Shown: positions 11,858 to 25,049, counted from the first letter of the stretch. The stretch is DNA of 64,000 nt from Iphione sp. A-MEVVRFRX5 (GCA_976226885.1 OZ320321.1:12338001-12402000), one strand, 5' to 3'. The notes: generated by a model not told the origin, from the letters alone. Made by a program: numbers and translations.

Positions 11858-12085
11858 AGCCTAGTACATATATGACAAAAATGGAATCCAGCTGTATCAG
11901 ATTATTTGTGAAGCTGTGGAGACTACAATTCCCAAGCTTAATAAGTAATGCTTACAATGCCTGTATACATCAACACATAGTGATGGTTCAGAACACGCCT
12001 CAGCTGTCCTTGTCATAACACAAGTTATGATCCCGCATGTTCCTTAGTCCAACAATATTTCATATCACATTTTTGTAGACGTTTA

Positions 12086-12976
12086 GGCTTGGTTTCCATG
12101 CAAACGTGTAGGCATGTTGCCATGTTTGGACACATGTTTCTATTAATCCTTTCTTAATCTAATAACTGCTGTATACATGCCATAAAGTTTGTTTCACCTT
12201 GTACATGTATTCGTTTTACATGTCTCTCTCCCCCCAACAATGCCGAAAGCACTTGTCACTATCGTGGTGAAATGAGAAATGTTCCGTTTTTAAAAAAAAA
12301 TAGTTTATTTATCCTGAAATTATATATGTACATATATTTCATCCAGCATTGATTTTATTACATAGTAATGGCTGCTATAAATACTACCTATATCTAAGTC
12401 CAAATACATATTACAACGAGGCGATGGATTCTTCTTGTACTGAACCATGCAGTCTCCGGATAGATCTTAGTTATAAGTCATAAATAATGCTAATAGATAA
12501 TAATACTAAATATCATTTGATATTTATCATGTTATACTTACTTATCAATTTAAATATCAATTTATCTTATCAATTTCGGCCCAGGGCATCACGACGTCTC
12601 AGAGTATAGTCTCTTGTTGTTCCAGATAACATCCAAATGTTCATATTTAGTAGTGGCAAGGTAGCAATTCAGATAAGTATGATTATCATACAGAATCATA
12701 CTCTGCACTTTGCAGGCCACATCTGTCTCAGATAACATCTAGGCGCATGTTTTCTTCAGAGGTCAATATATGTTTCATCTATTATCTTTTCCTATCAAGA
12801 GGATACAGTTCACATAAGAACAACTTTCTATGTATGATATAATGATTTCACACTAATAGTTTTGTACTACCAATGTATATTTCTGATCATTTATGCTTAT
12901 AATTTATACCATTTTTTATCATTTTATATATTATCATTGTGAAAACATGGAGACACGTGCACATGAAACTCCAGCC
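12086..12976. mobile_element. PIF/Harbinger-like non-autonomous element (891 bp)
   Basis: TTA on both flanks (12083-85, 12977-79) and imperfect TIRs GGCTTGGTTTCCATGCAAACGTG / CACGTGCACATGAAACTCCAGCC. Confidence 0.65.
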
Positions 12977-13619
12977 TTACCTTTGCTGTCTCTTATTGCA
13001 ACTGTGACTCTGCCTCGTGTTATTTATAGCATTCCTAGATCACCAGGTGTTAACTTTCCCTGTAACCTGGCTCATATCTTCCTTTGGTAGATGGTATCCA
13101 TCCTTTTGGTTGCTTTATTGCGCGACCCACCACGATAACACTTATGGTGGATCATCCTGGAACCCCTGGGAGTAGAAAGTGGATTCCTCGGATACAGATC
13201 CACCCTGTTGCTTTTTGCCGTTCTTTATACAATCTTCACACTCACAATCACAATCTTCACACAATCTATCCTAGTATGAGAGAATGTAACATGCTTTGTA
13301 CTATGTACAAAGGTCGGGTAAGCCTTATCTCTGCCTGTCTGCTATATGTTTCACTTTGGTTACATGTAGCAGTAACCAGCAGCCTCAGTGCTTTCAACAA
13401 ACCCAGTATTCTTAACCTGCTGGTATAATCTAAATAAAATTTCTGCATTATCAGCTCCGGTGTCTATGAAGGCTATAGTTCAAAGTCTAATCCAATCAAA
13501 ATGGGGCAAGAAGGTTTCCTACCACTTAGTGCATCTACATGCATCTATCACTTGTTTTCTCTTCTCTCCTTCTTGTCTAAACTATTGGTTGGTCGACCTA
13601 TTGGGCGACTTTTGCAAAT

Positions 13620-14450
13620 GGTGAGTTCATGGAGGAAAAATGGGATGAGCTGTTAAAAACAGGGCTCACCAGACAGAGTTAGAGCCGTGGCCAGTGCTGG
13701 CCATAATAGTGGGAAAAAAGGATGATATTTAATTGATGTGTATTGACTCTCAGTAATTGAATAGCTGCACTTGTAAGTGCAACTTCCTTCTTCCCAGATC
13801 AATGGCATTCTTATGGCACTTGGTATGAAGTGAATTATTTCTTCTTTCTAGATTTAAGAAGTGTCTATGATCAGGTGCCTATGGATGATAATCATAAGGA
13901 AAAGCCTGCCTTTTATGTTATAAGGGTGTCTTTGATTACATCATCATGCCCTGTTGACTTATGAATGCTCAGAGATGATGAGGAAAGTTCTTAAACGCAT
14001 TGATGGCAAGGATACAATTGCATACCTTGAAGGCATTATCATATGGTCTGAAACACCTGATGAGCACCTGCAGTATCTGCAAGTACAGTGAAACCCCTCT
14101 ACTAAAGACACCCTATATAAAGGACAACTCATATTCTGTACATGCTGGAAACAGAATCAAATCTATTTAATTATGTTTAAATACTCCTGCTATAAACGAC
14201 ACCCCTCTTTATGGACAGTTTTTGGTCAGTCCCTTTCTTGTCCAGAGTAGAGAGGTTCCACTGCAATTGTAGTGGTTTGGACTCCATCCAGAATATTCTT
14301 TCAATTTTTTCAATACTTAGGAATTGTATCTCAAATCATCCAGTTTAGTATCTGAAAGCTTGGGTCTCAAGCTGGAACTATTCCAACTTAAGGCATGAAA
14401 ATAAGGGGTTTGGTGCAATCTGCAGATACTCCAACTCAGGTCAGAACCAG
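13620..14450 (+). pseudogene. Decayed Ty3/gypsy RT fragment interrupted by a MITE
   Basis: Frameshifted translation: EEKWDELLKTGL, IIVGKKDD, LMCID, LDLRSVYDQVPMDDNHKEKPAF, RMMRKVLKRIDGKDTIAYLEGIIIWSETPDEHLQYL (a degenerate YLDD), and GLKL after the MITE. Confidence 0.8.
14086..14263. mobile_element. Tc1/mariner (pogo/Tigger-like) MITE family B (copy 1)
   Basis: TA-CAGTGAAACCCCTCTACT...AGTAGAGAGGTTCCACTG; co-linear with 45259-45435. Confidence 0.85.
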
Positions 14451-14781
14451 GCAACTAAGAGGTGTTAACTGTTTCCAAATTTAAAAAAACCCTGTTCAAC
14501 TTGAAGCTCATTTTAGAGCCAGACTTTGTTTATGAGCGACTGGAGTTTGCTGAATAAAAGTTAGTCTCTCACTACACTTGAAGAGGATAAAACTGAACAC
14601 AGATCTTGTGTAAACATTCTTTATTTCTTCAGCCAGCATTCGTCTGAGATCAGAGTCATGTTACATAATGTTCAACATTACTCAGCAGTTTTCAAACAGA
14701 AGTATAAAAATCTTAGTGAATAAAACCAACACGCTGTTTCGGAACGATCTTTGTATTCAGAGAACAGTCAAAATATTAAGT

Positions 14782-14818
14782 TCCAAGCTTTCGGGTGTGA
14801 TCCACCCTTCTTCAGGGA
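14782..14818 (-). ncRNA. Minimal type I hammerhead ribozyme motif of Penelope-like element (PLE) type
   Basis: The minus strand reads UCC-CUGAAGA-A-GGGUG-GAUCA-CACCC-GAA-AGCU-U-GGA: catalytic boxes, a 5-bp stem II, palindromic AGCU helix III and a 3-bp stem I. Confidence 0.65.
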
Positions 14819-15299
14819 TACGGTTCAAATGAAGTATAAAAAGTATGAGTGCTACAGGGAAGAACTCAATATTGTTGGACATAATTATGTTAGAGCAAGC
14901 AGGCAGACTTCCTAAGTTGGTTTCCAACAAGCACGGATGTCAAGGTCATCAACAATGACTACATCAACACACAGTAGAGCAGGAAGACTAATGAGAAAGA
15001 AAGCGACATGTGTTGGATCCTCCATAAAGCTTAAGTGCTGAAGACAGCTCTGACACAAGGGCAGAGCAAGCTAGGAACAGCAAGGTAGGCAAAATTAAAG
15101 CTAACTCTAGCTACCGCATGATTGGTGGGGATCCTTTACAACATTAGTGAGGACCCACCTGGTTTGAAACTAGTATAAACCCGATCACCTAAAACCAGTT
15201 GTGTTTCAGAAATACAATACTGATCTAGGTCATATGGGGTTGGATAAAAAAACATAACTGTATTAGGGAAAAACATCACTGGAAAGACTTTTACAAAGA

Positions 15300-15680
15300 T
15301 TTTGTAAGTCATCTTTCACAAGGTGTTAAACTGCAGCAACAAACCCCACCAATACAAAGAATGGCTTTGGTGCAGGTGCTTCTCTAGATGGCCTCTATCC
15401 CATTTCACACGAGGGGAACAGGCATTTGATCACTTTTGTCACCATGTATTTAGGCCAGCCTGAGTTTTTATGCACTGACTGACAAAACACCACTAATTGC
15501 GGCTAACCTGATCCTAAATGGGATATTCCAAAGATTGGGTGCCCAGGGACCTTGCTTTCTGATAATGGGATTGAGTTTGTTAACAAAGTCGTGGCCAGGC
15601 TTTGCGAGAAAATGAAGCTCAGAATAAGCCTACCCTATCCCTAATCAGATGGAAAACTAAAGAAGCTTCACCAAGCCTGG
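15300..15680 (+). pseudogene. Decayed gypsy integrase core fragment
   Basis: GCPGTLLSDNGIEFVNKV at 15537-15590, preceded by a YPISHEGNRHLITFV-like segment. Collinear with the RT fragment upstream. Confidence 0.7.
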
Positions 15681-16579
15681 AATGCAAGATCCTAGGTCCG
15701 GGGACTTCTTCACTCCTGGTTTTAAGGATCTGTAACCATGAGACGATGCAGAGGAAGACTCAGAGCAGAACGGATTAAAAACATAATGGAATGGAGTGGG
15801 ATAAAGAAATATGATGATTTGATTAGGAAGGCACAAGATTGCAGAAGTTGGAGGATCATGGCAGCCCACTTTCATGATGAAGATGACACCCAATGATGAT
15901 GATGATGAACCATGAACTGAACAGTCTTCGTTCTTCCTCATGACATGATGTCACCCACCTCATCCTCTTGGTATCTTGCTATGTCCTAGGCCAGACCACT
16001 TGGGCAAACCGTACCCTGAGCATGTGCTTGAGAGGAATCATAAAGCCAGGGTGGCAGTCAAAAGGCCCCATAAGAGGCCATAAGAGTGCACAAAGCAGTA
16101 TCATGATTGCAAAGGGAAAGATGTTTGCCATATGCTACCGTGCCGAGTCATCTCTGAGTTCAAGATTATGACAGATTGAGAATAAAAAGACTCACATTCA
16201 AATCAGTACTCAGTCAGTCATTGAGCTATCATGGAACTCGTCGTGTGTCCTAGTTATTAAGAAAATAGCGCTTCACAAGTAAGGTATGTCTTCAAATTGT
16301 GAAATGTTTGCTTACAAATGGTGAAAAGTATGTGTTCGAATTGTGAAAAGTGTAGTTACTGTAGTTCATAATACACTGTGATTTACCGTGCCTTATTTAC
16401 ATAAAAAAGCGAGAAGTCCCAGAAATTGCTATGCTGTTCATAAAGGAAGAACTAGTTATAAGATTCATCACTGATAGAAATAATGGCCGAAAATCTCTAA
16501 CGATGCATTTCAAGGAATGGTGACAAAAACTGGCAAACGCCCTTTATTCGAGAATTCCATACGGATGGCTCAGAGAGGC

Positions 16580-16835
16580 CGACAGAGAGAGAGAGAGAGA
16601 GGGGAAAGAGACAGAGAGGCAGAGATAGAGAGAGGCGGAGGGAGAGAGATAGAGGCACACATAGAGAGGAAGGGAGGGAGANNNNNNNNNNNNNNNNNNN
16701 NNNNNNNNNNNNNNNNNNNNNNNNNNNNNNNNNNNNNNNNNNNNNNNNNNNNNNNNNNNNNNNNNNNNNNNNNNNNNNNNNNNNNNNNNNNNNNNNNNNN
16801 NNNNNNNNNNNNNNNNNNNNNNNGAGAGACAGACG
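16580..16835. repeat. GA-rich microsatellite with N-gap (16682-16823)
   Basis: Visible directly. Confidence 0.9.
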
Positions 16836-17934
16836 GACAATGACAAACAGACAGATTTTAAAGGACAGAGATGGTTTAGATATACGTCCATTGCTTAAAT
16901 GTCCTTGTTTGTTTGCATGATATCCTCCAACATGCCCACATCTTGCGTTACGACACTTCGGGTGACACTGTCCGCTGGGACCGTTGATATCGCGGCCGAC
17001 CTTCCCAGCTCTGCCTCCCGGCAACATGGATGTGACTCTCCCTCACAGCCCGACGTTGAGGAGGCCAGGCTTGTGGCTTCGCCGCTATCCAACCCGGAAA
17101 GTCACATTTACTTCAGTCGCCTTTGTCATACTTGATTCCACACCTTGGTGTCGGCCTCTTGTTTAGCACAAGCACGGCAGTCTGGAGGGGGGGGGAGAGA
17201 TGTCAGGCCACACCGGGTAGTTAAAACCTGGGTCTAGAAAGTTGCATTTTCTTCCATCTGTAGGACTGGCTGTCAACTTCCAAGCCACATTTGTCATGCT
17301 TGATTCTTTCTAAACGTTGGTCTTTAATAAGTGACGACCTCTTGTTTAGCACCAGCAGAATAGCCTGTGGGTAGGCGCTTGGGTGGATGTCGCACCACAC
17401 GGGGCGGGAAAGACCTGGATGTAGGTATCTACCTATCTCATATTCACGACAAGGCTAGACAAATAACATGTTAGGCCCAGTTTCTTTACCGGCATTTGGC
17501 TAGGTACGGCTGTCTAACAGGTCAGGGAACGATCTGTTTTTCTTGCAGCTTCAAACTGGTGAATTCCAGTAGAAAAAGTATTAAAGCTGGTGAATTTGAC
17601 AGGAACAGGGGTGACAGTTTGTGAACTTCACTAAAAAAAGTATAATAAAATGGCAAATTTGTGCGGATATGTGCAGGTATGTGCAAAAAGCACAGGAAAA
17701 GTTAGTAAATTGAAGGAAATGTAAGGAAATAGACCATGTGTTCTCTTGCATCTGTGTGTGTTGTGTTAGACGTTCAAAAATCAACAACCTAACTCAATGC
17801 ATACATGCACACACGCACGCTATCCTCCATTGAAATCAACTTGTTTGATAACAACGCACACCAACGCAGCCTAACACACCCTATAACACACACATGCTAA
17901 ACCCAGGTATGGATACCAGGCCTCATAGGTAGTA

Positions 17935-18116
17935 CAGTAGAGCCTCACTTAGGAGACCACACTTGGGACTGACTGATTTTGGTCCCTTCTGAGAGGTGGT
18001 CTCCCCTGTGAAACACTTGTCTTCTAGATTTGGGCTTTTTGCTCTGGCTAAACTAGTTTTAGTCTCTTCTATGGTGTGGTCTCTTCTGCGAGAGGGCTTT
18101 AACCAGGTCTCTTCTG
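17935..18116. mobile_element. Tc1/mariner-type MITE family A (copy 2)
   Basis: TA-CAGTAGAGCCTC...GGTCTCTTCTG-TA; its reverse complement aligns with 10853-10986. Confidence 0.75.
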
Positions 18117-18150
18117 TATATGTGTTTAATTCAACGATTTGGGAAAGTAA

Positions 18151-18770
18151 GGCCCGGTTTCCTTATGTGCGGCGACCTGCGTTGGTATGCGTGTGCGTTT
18201 CAGTGCGGGAAACGCATCAGCAGGTGTTTCCGCACTGAAACGCACAGGGGTGTCCAGTGACAACCAGTGCGGGCCAGTGCGTTTTATGACTGGAAAATAC
18301 AAAAAAACGGCAAAATACCGCCGAAAAGCGGCAAATTACATGCAAATTGTCCCAAAAAACGCTCATTTCATGCAAATTCAGCCAAAAAACGGCAAATTAC
18401 ATGCAAATTCCGCCGAAAAACGGCTAATTTCATGCAAATCGGCCGAAAAACGGCAAAACTGTGCCGAAAAAAACGGGAAAAAAACGACATTGTGCGGAAA
18501 TGTGCAGATATGTGCGGTATCATCAGTCAAAAGTCAGCCAAATTCAGTCAAAGTCAGTCAAAATGAGAGAAAGACAGGTGCGTTGCTGTGCGTGTGCGTG
18601 GAATTTACGGGAACGGTCCGAAAATCGGCTCCGCACGGCTCCGCATGGCTCCGCACACGCACAGCAACGCATGTAAGGAACACCCTTCATTAAAATAACC
18701 GTGACAGTAAAATTGGTGCGTTTTCCGCACAGCAACGCACGCATGGCTACGCACATAAGGAAACCGGGCC
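18151..18770. mobile_element. PIF/Harbinger (Tourist-like) MITE, 620 bp
   Basis: Perfect 21-bp TIR GGCCCGGTTTCCTTATGTGCG, TAA target-site duplication (18148-50, 18771-73) and internal ATGCAAAT repeats. Confidence 0.9.
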
Positions 18771-20354
18771 TAAGGCCTCCTTTCCATATGCATGCACTAT
18801 TTTCCCATATATGGGACCTCTCTGGGATATTTGGCAATTTGTCCAGATGCCGACAGATTGGCATGGACGCCTACTTTCTATTTGTATGGGCCTCTCTCTG
18901 GCCCCTGATGGTGGTGGCAGCAGTAACAATGAAAACCATACGTGGTAGTGGTAAAAACGCAAAAAAAGCATTAGGTTTAGTGGTTAAAACCAGCAAATTT
19001 GACAGGTTAAAGTATGAAAACTGGCAAATTTGATGGGAATAGCAGTAAAAACCGGCAATGTTGACTGGCATAAGTAAGAGTAACAGTGACTTTGATGGGA
19101 ATTGTGGTTTAAGCTGCCGAATTTCATTGGAAAAAGAAAGAAAAACTGAATTCGCTCTTCACGGCACCATAATAACAACTGAACATGGAAATTACGCCGT
19201 AGGGTGCATCTCAGGGAGAACACATACATTTGACGATCCGGTGTAGCTATGACAAAGCACAGGTTTCTTTCCGTGAATTTGATTGGTCCAGCGTAGTTGG
19301 TCATCACTCAGAGGAAAAACGCATCCACCATGAAATGTTCAGCTCAGAGTGCATGGTTGGCTGTCTCTCAACGTCAGCGCCTGTCAATCCGGATGCTCGT
19401 TATCTTTCGATGATTCATCCTTATCTCTAAGTATCGATTCTGTAGATACTAAAATGAGTTTCTGGACATTTTTTATACATCAGTCCTTACACCACGAATT
19501 TACTAAGACGCAATTGGCCGATCGCCGTTTTCTGTCATTTTGCGGTAAAATGACGTTTACATTTTGCCATGTGTGACGGCTGAGTGACCACCGAGTAAGC
19601 ACAGAAATTTACATGGCTGTAAAACTATCCATAATGGCTCTAGAGAGCCACGCTATGGCTTATTTTCTTGCTTAGATCCTTAGCTTTAATTTGATATAAA
19701 CTCTATTAAAATCAGGCAAATAGAACTGTGTGCTGTGGGGTTGGAAGACATGTCATATCTAGATATTTACCAGCAGCATGTAAGAGCTATTGTAGTGGGA
19801 CCTGTTGCTGTCATAGCCTTGCTACCAGTTGCATCCATTGTTCTAAGTAATTTTGCATTATAATGACGTTTTTGGTGATCGGTCAATTTCACATTAATTA
19901 ATCTCTTCTTCCTAGTTCTACTAAATTTACTTTTCATGACCATCATGAGGTTCCTTATTGTTAATAGTAATATTTATTTTTTCATTCAGACTGTTTCAGG
20001 GTTGCAACAATGGAACCTGGATAGACACAAAACCCTTTGTATGTAATATCTGGAAATGTAAGAGGGATATATCACAATTCTGAAATTCGCGAAGAACGTG
20101 ACCATCTTTGAGTCTAAAGTTTCTTTAAATCTCTCCTTTTTTATGATGTTGTGATAAGATTGGTCACAGTGTAATCTACAGCCTCGACTCGAGGAAGTGC
20201 GTCCAGCGACCTTACACCTCTTTGACTTTCACGGTTAAGTGTTTGAATAATCTGCCCACATGCGCCGATAAATTTGTGATGATTGAAGATTACAGTTATT
20301 CCCCCGGTAGCTTCATGAGACTACGTACAGAAACTTCCAGGATACAGCAAGTAC

Positions 20355-20450
20355 ACCTCCCTCCCTACACCCTCCTTATACCCTCCCTACGCCCTCCCTA
20401 CGCCCTCCATACGCCCTCCCTACGCCCTCCCTACCCCTGGTCTACGCCCT
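20355..20450. repeat. 11-bp tandem repeat (CTCCCTACGCC)
   Basis: Visible directly. Confidence 0.85.
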
Positions 20451-22303
20451 CCCGCCCTGGGAGAGCAGGAAACGGTTGCTTTCTCGAACGACGGGGCCGC
20501 CGCTGCTGCTTTCTTTCTTTTGGTTTCGGTATCGAGTGTGGCGTACTCGTCCATGGCATTGAATCCCAATCGATGGTATTTTCCTGGGTTATTTTTATCG
20601 TTTTGCCCTATTTTTGTCCAGACCGCTTGATAACGACATACTGAAAGCCTTCAATGATTTCTATATAGATAAGATTAGAATGACGATGCAGTCCTTCGGT
20701 GAACCGAAGTTATATAAAAAAAGTTCCCCGTCGTAATTTGTCACATACGAATTGCATTGTTTGAGGCAGCGGATGAATATTGTGCAATGTTTCCAGTTTA
20801 CCAATATTTAGATAAAATTAAATCCTGGAACCTACGTGGATGACCGGAAAATAGGTTGTATTGTCCAAATACGTAAAATTGGAAGCAAAAGCAACGTCAG
20901 GAATCGCAGACAAATTACATCACTGTCAGTAGAGCTGATACAGTTCTTGAAAGAATATTTTTTACAATATAAATTTAAATATATTTGTCATTTTATAACA
21001 TTAATTATTGGAGCGATAGTCCGTACGGTTTTCAGGGCCGTCCGTGAAACAAAACAGCTTTACCTGAGACAATTTCAACTGTACATTGCTTCAAATCTTT
21101 TTCAGTAATCAAGAAGAGGAATTTATTACTCCCCATCCTGAAGAATTACAGTATGCCCGTTGACATTTCTTACTTTAGTAAGAGACGGCAGTATGTTAGT
21201 ATGGGTGGCACTACATCAAGGAAAAGAAAGATCCAGTGCCGTGCAAAAGGTTAAATTATTCGATCGTTAACCGCCAGCAGTATAATAAATAGTATTGCAG
21301 CCAACTTACCAGTTGATGGATACCCGACTATATGTGATGATGAAGTGACAACAGGTACACTGTATCATTGTTAAAACATGTAAAACGGTATCTCAATGGG
21401 CTGATATTAATGCCTTATTACTGACCACGAGAAGAGTGGCTTCATGGTCGGCGGAATAAAATTATAACCGAAACGAAAGGTTTCAGTTAAAGCGTACGAA
21501 TATTTTATACATTCTCGGATACATTCTAGATTAATCATTACGCGGGAAAGACTCCTTGAACAAATCAAAACTATTTTTATTGCACTTACTACAATATAAG
21601 GAAGCTACTTATTTTCATTCCAATGTAACTGAGTGACACTGATCAAAATCTTCACTTGACCCTACATAGAGTATCTAGCGGAATAAGCAAAACATAAACT
21701 AAATGTCTCGAAAGATGTTTTTTGAAACGCATTTAGTTGGCATTGTTCAATAGGAAAGTGAATTATTCCACTTGCAGTACCAAGACAAATCTAATATTCA
21801 ATATAGATGGTTACGGCCCTGCAATTAGCACCACAGGGGACAGTAGCGCTAATACATAGTCTATTTTCGTTGGGTAAATTGGAACCACAGCCAAAGAGCT
21901 GAAGCAGATAAAGAAACGCTACGACAATAATTTTGAGGTAAGAACAGGGTGCTTGATAGATCATTAAGGTGTTAAATGGAGTAGCATGTTACCTGATCAT
22001 TCTAAAGCGTAGGCTACAACAAGACAACTTTAGCTTTTAGTCAAATACCGCACCAGCTGTAATAGTTTGATATGCATACTCTACAAGTCGATTACATACG
22101 AATGCACCTTCTGACTTCGCTACGAAAATCTAGTTTCGTATTCATGTCGTTATTTGGGAAAAAACACCTCAACATGAAGAGAGTACTGGGACAATAAACA
22201 CGTGATTATTATCATCCTTATTTTTTATATGTGAGTCCTGGAGGTTGTTTATGTGGACGTGTGTATAGAAACCCTGGATATCCTGGAGGTTGTTCTTCCA
22301 GGG

Positions 22304-22315
<12 letters not shown>

Positions 22316-22360
<45 letters not shown>
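22316..22360. repeat. (GA)n microsatellite
   Basis: Visible directly. Confidence 0.95.
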
Positions 22361-22363
<3 letters not shown>

Positions 22364-25049
22364 GGAGGCTGCCCTTTGCACCAGGCGGGTCTCCCCCCCC
22401 CCCCCTCGAAACGGGGTTACTCTACCAATACCATAGGAGGTAACAGGTATAAGGAGGGGGGAGGGTTCAAGAGGTACTAGAGATTCCAAATGTATTGTTG
22501 TGCGTCACTATCTTTCATTTATTCAGTTTGTGATTAACAGGATTTCCTGTAATCTCCTCAGTATAAATCAAGCAATTCTAAGCATGGACTACATCTACTA
22601 GGCCACACTGGTGACACAACTTCTCGCAAAGAGCTGGCGATTATAAGTCCTCCTCCTCGTCCATCGCGCGAAGGAAGTGTGTGGTAAACGTTCTTGTAGA
22701 TACGTAGAAGCGGCGGGAACGGCGAGGTGCTCGAGGGGGTAGTATTCCAACGTCCCCAAATTGACCCATCGGATATTTACGTTATTACGACGCAAAATGA
22801 ACCAAAACATTAAATCATTGCAACTGGTAGACAGCCTACGACAGATACAGATCAGACTACGACAGCTATCATATGCTGCTACTAAAAAATGAAGATAGGG
22901 GGTGTCTTTCCAGTTGTCTGATTTTAATAAAATTTATATCAAATGAAAGCTAAGGATCTAAGGAAGACGTTGGTGTATTGATTATCTTTCTATCTTTACT
23001 GACAACGAAGATACAGCCTTGTAAAGTTTACCCACGAACTCGCGATGTAAATGACGTAAATTTTACCACGAGGGTAAATAACGTAATTTTACGTCATGAT
23101 GACGTAAAAAAGTGAACGGTTAATAGTTCACCTAACTCTGTTCTTTGACCCTCAATCCTGCTTTACGCCTATCACCAAATTACTACTCTCACACACAGCT
23201 TCTTGTACCTGCAGCTTCCAGTACAAAAACTACAAACGAACAAACGAAAAAGAACTAGAAATTTCGTAAATTAAAATTTCGTAAAATAAAATTATCTATT
23301 CTAACGGATCACTTATTCAATACTTTCAGCGATCAAAACATATTTCCGGGACGGAAATTTCTTTTCGTACGGAATGAAATAATATAAATGTGTTGATAAA
23401 ACGATACGCATCTCTTACCTTCAAAACGACACCATAAAAAAGTTGGAGAGAGCCGTGTTTGGCATTGAGTGGGATTGCTTTAAATAAAGTGAAGCTTACT
23501 CAGTAGTGATGAATTTAACCTAGATCACATGAAACAATTATCGTTTGTGTATCGCTTAGAAATGCAGCCCCACATCTGACCCTCATTCTAAAGTCTGTCT
23601 ATGAAGCTCCTGGGTAGAGATACAAAGAAAATGAAAAAAATAAAAAAATATATATGATAAATTTTTAAAAACATTATTTCAATATGTCAGTGTGCTGATA
23701 TAAAATAAAAATGTAAGATTATTCACACTTTCTATAACCTGATGTTAATTGTTGTAGCTACATAAGCCTACACTAAAACCTCTTCATATATTAACACTCT
23801 GTATCATAGTATTTAAGGTATGTGAGAAGAATACAGACACACTGATCCATTTATTTCTATGGATACATATAGGTGTTTATTTTTAACACGTTGACACACA
23901 TTTCCGACAAAAATGCATCTCGACTAACAGTTGTATTTACAGTCAAGTGGGCAGGTTTTGGTTAGGGTTTTGGTCATATTTAAGTACGTAATTGGTTTAC
24001 ACCAACCATACACCATGTCGCTGTAGAATTTAGAATTAATTGTCCAATCTAATAAAATGCTGCTAAGGTAACGCCGAGCTGTCCCATATTTCCCCCAAAC
24101 CACAGGTAGTCACAGTAACAATTGCCGATATAGAATAAAACATAATCATCATTATCATTGCTATCATTATTAACACTATTGTTATTATAATAATTATTAT
24201 CATTGCTGTTATTATCATTATAACTATTATTATTATTATTTTAAAAATGCGTTTTTGTAGATTGACGCCGAAGCGTCAGTTGCAGAATTGCCAATAAATT
24301 ACCACCAGATCTTAACCAAAGTGAGTAAGGCCACTAACGGCTTAAGCGTTACCATTAACTACATGTAAGCCAGTGAAGCAAATCACGTTGCTAAATGTTG
24401 CTAAATCCGTTTATTCCAAATAAAAGCCTTTGAAAAGGGGGGCATTTGACCTCCTCTTGAAAGCTTCTACATAGACCGTACGTCAAGTCCAAATATTTGC
24501 AATTTAGCCTAGCTCTCTAAAGGTATATGTATATAGCGTAGGCCTCTTCGCAAATGGTCCTTGAAGGTAGCGAAACCCACTGGATATTAAAGCTTTTATG
24601 ACACATTTCGTCACACATACACACCAAAGGTTGCCTTTTGCTTTCAATACCCTCGCTGCTAAATCTTACGAAAGAAAACGATTGTCCCGGGAAAGATTTT
24701 CTTCATCAAAACGTGTTTAGTTTGAGCAGATATGGCTTGGTAGAAAGACCCGAGTGACTTATCAACGGAATTAAGCCCAATGGTACATGTTTTATATTTG
24801 GGTTTGACACAGGAGAGCATGGCAGGTGGTGTTTCACAGCACACCGACAACTCCCGTATAAAACCCACCAGCTCGCAATGCGTTTCCCCCTGCCGTGAAC
24901 CCCGTGTTGGTTTTAGATATAATAGTCGGTTGGGTGGGGGGGGGGGGGGTTGGGTTGGGGCAGTCGACTTGGGCATACCTGAGATTGGGACGTAACTATT
25001 TGCACACGGCTAATGCGTTCTCGCTTTGTCTGATATACAGTGTTTTTTT

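Noticed and set aside
15950-16277. Possible 3' LTR of the decayed gypsy (TG...AATAAA...CA)
   Set aside because: No polypurine tract upstream and no second copy in the window.
21897-21945. Micro-exon AKELKQIKKRYDNNFE ending at a GTAAGA donor
   Set aside because: The acceptor lacks a polypyrimidine tract and no partner exons were found.
22600-22780. Minus frame YHTLPSRDGRGGGLII resembling an APE endonuclease GGG motif
   Set aside because: No other APE motifs (QETW, YRPP, GDFN) lie in register.
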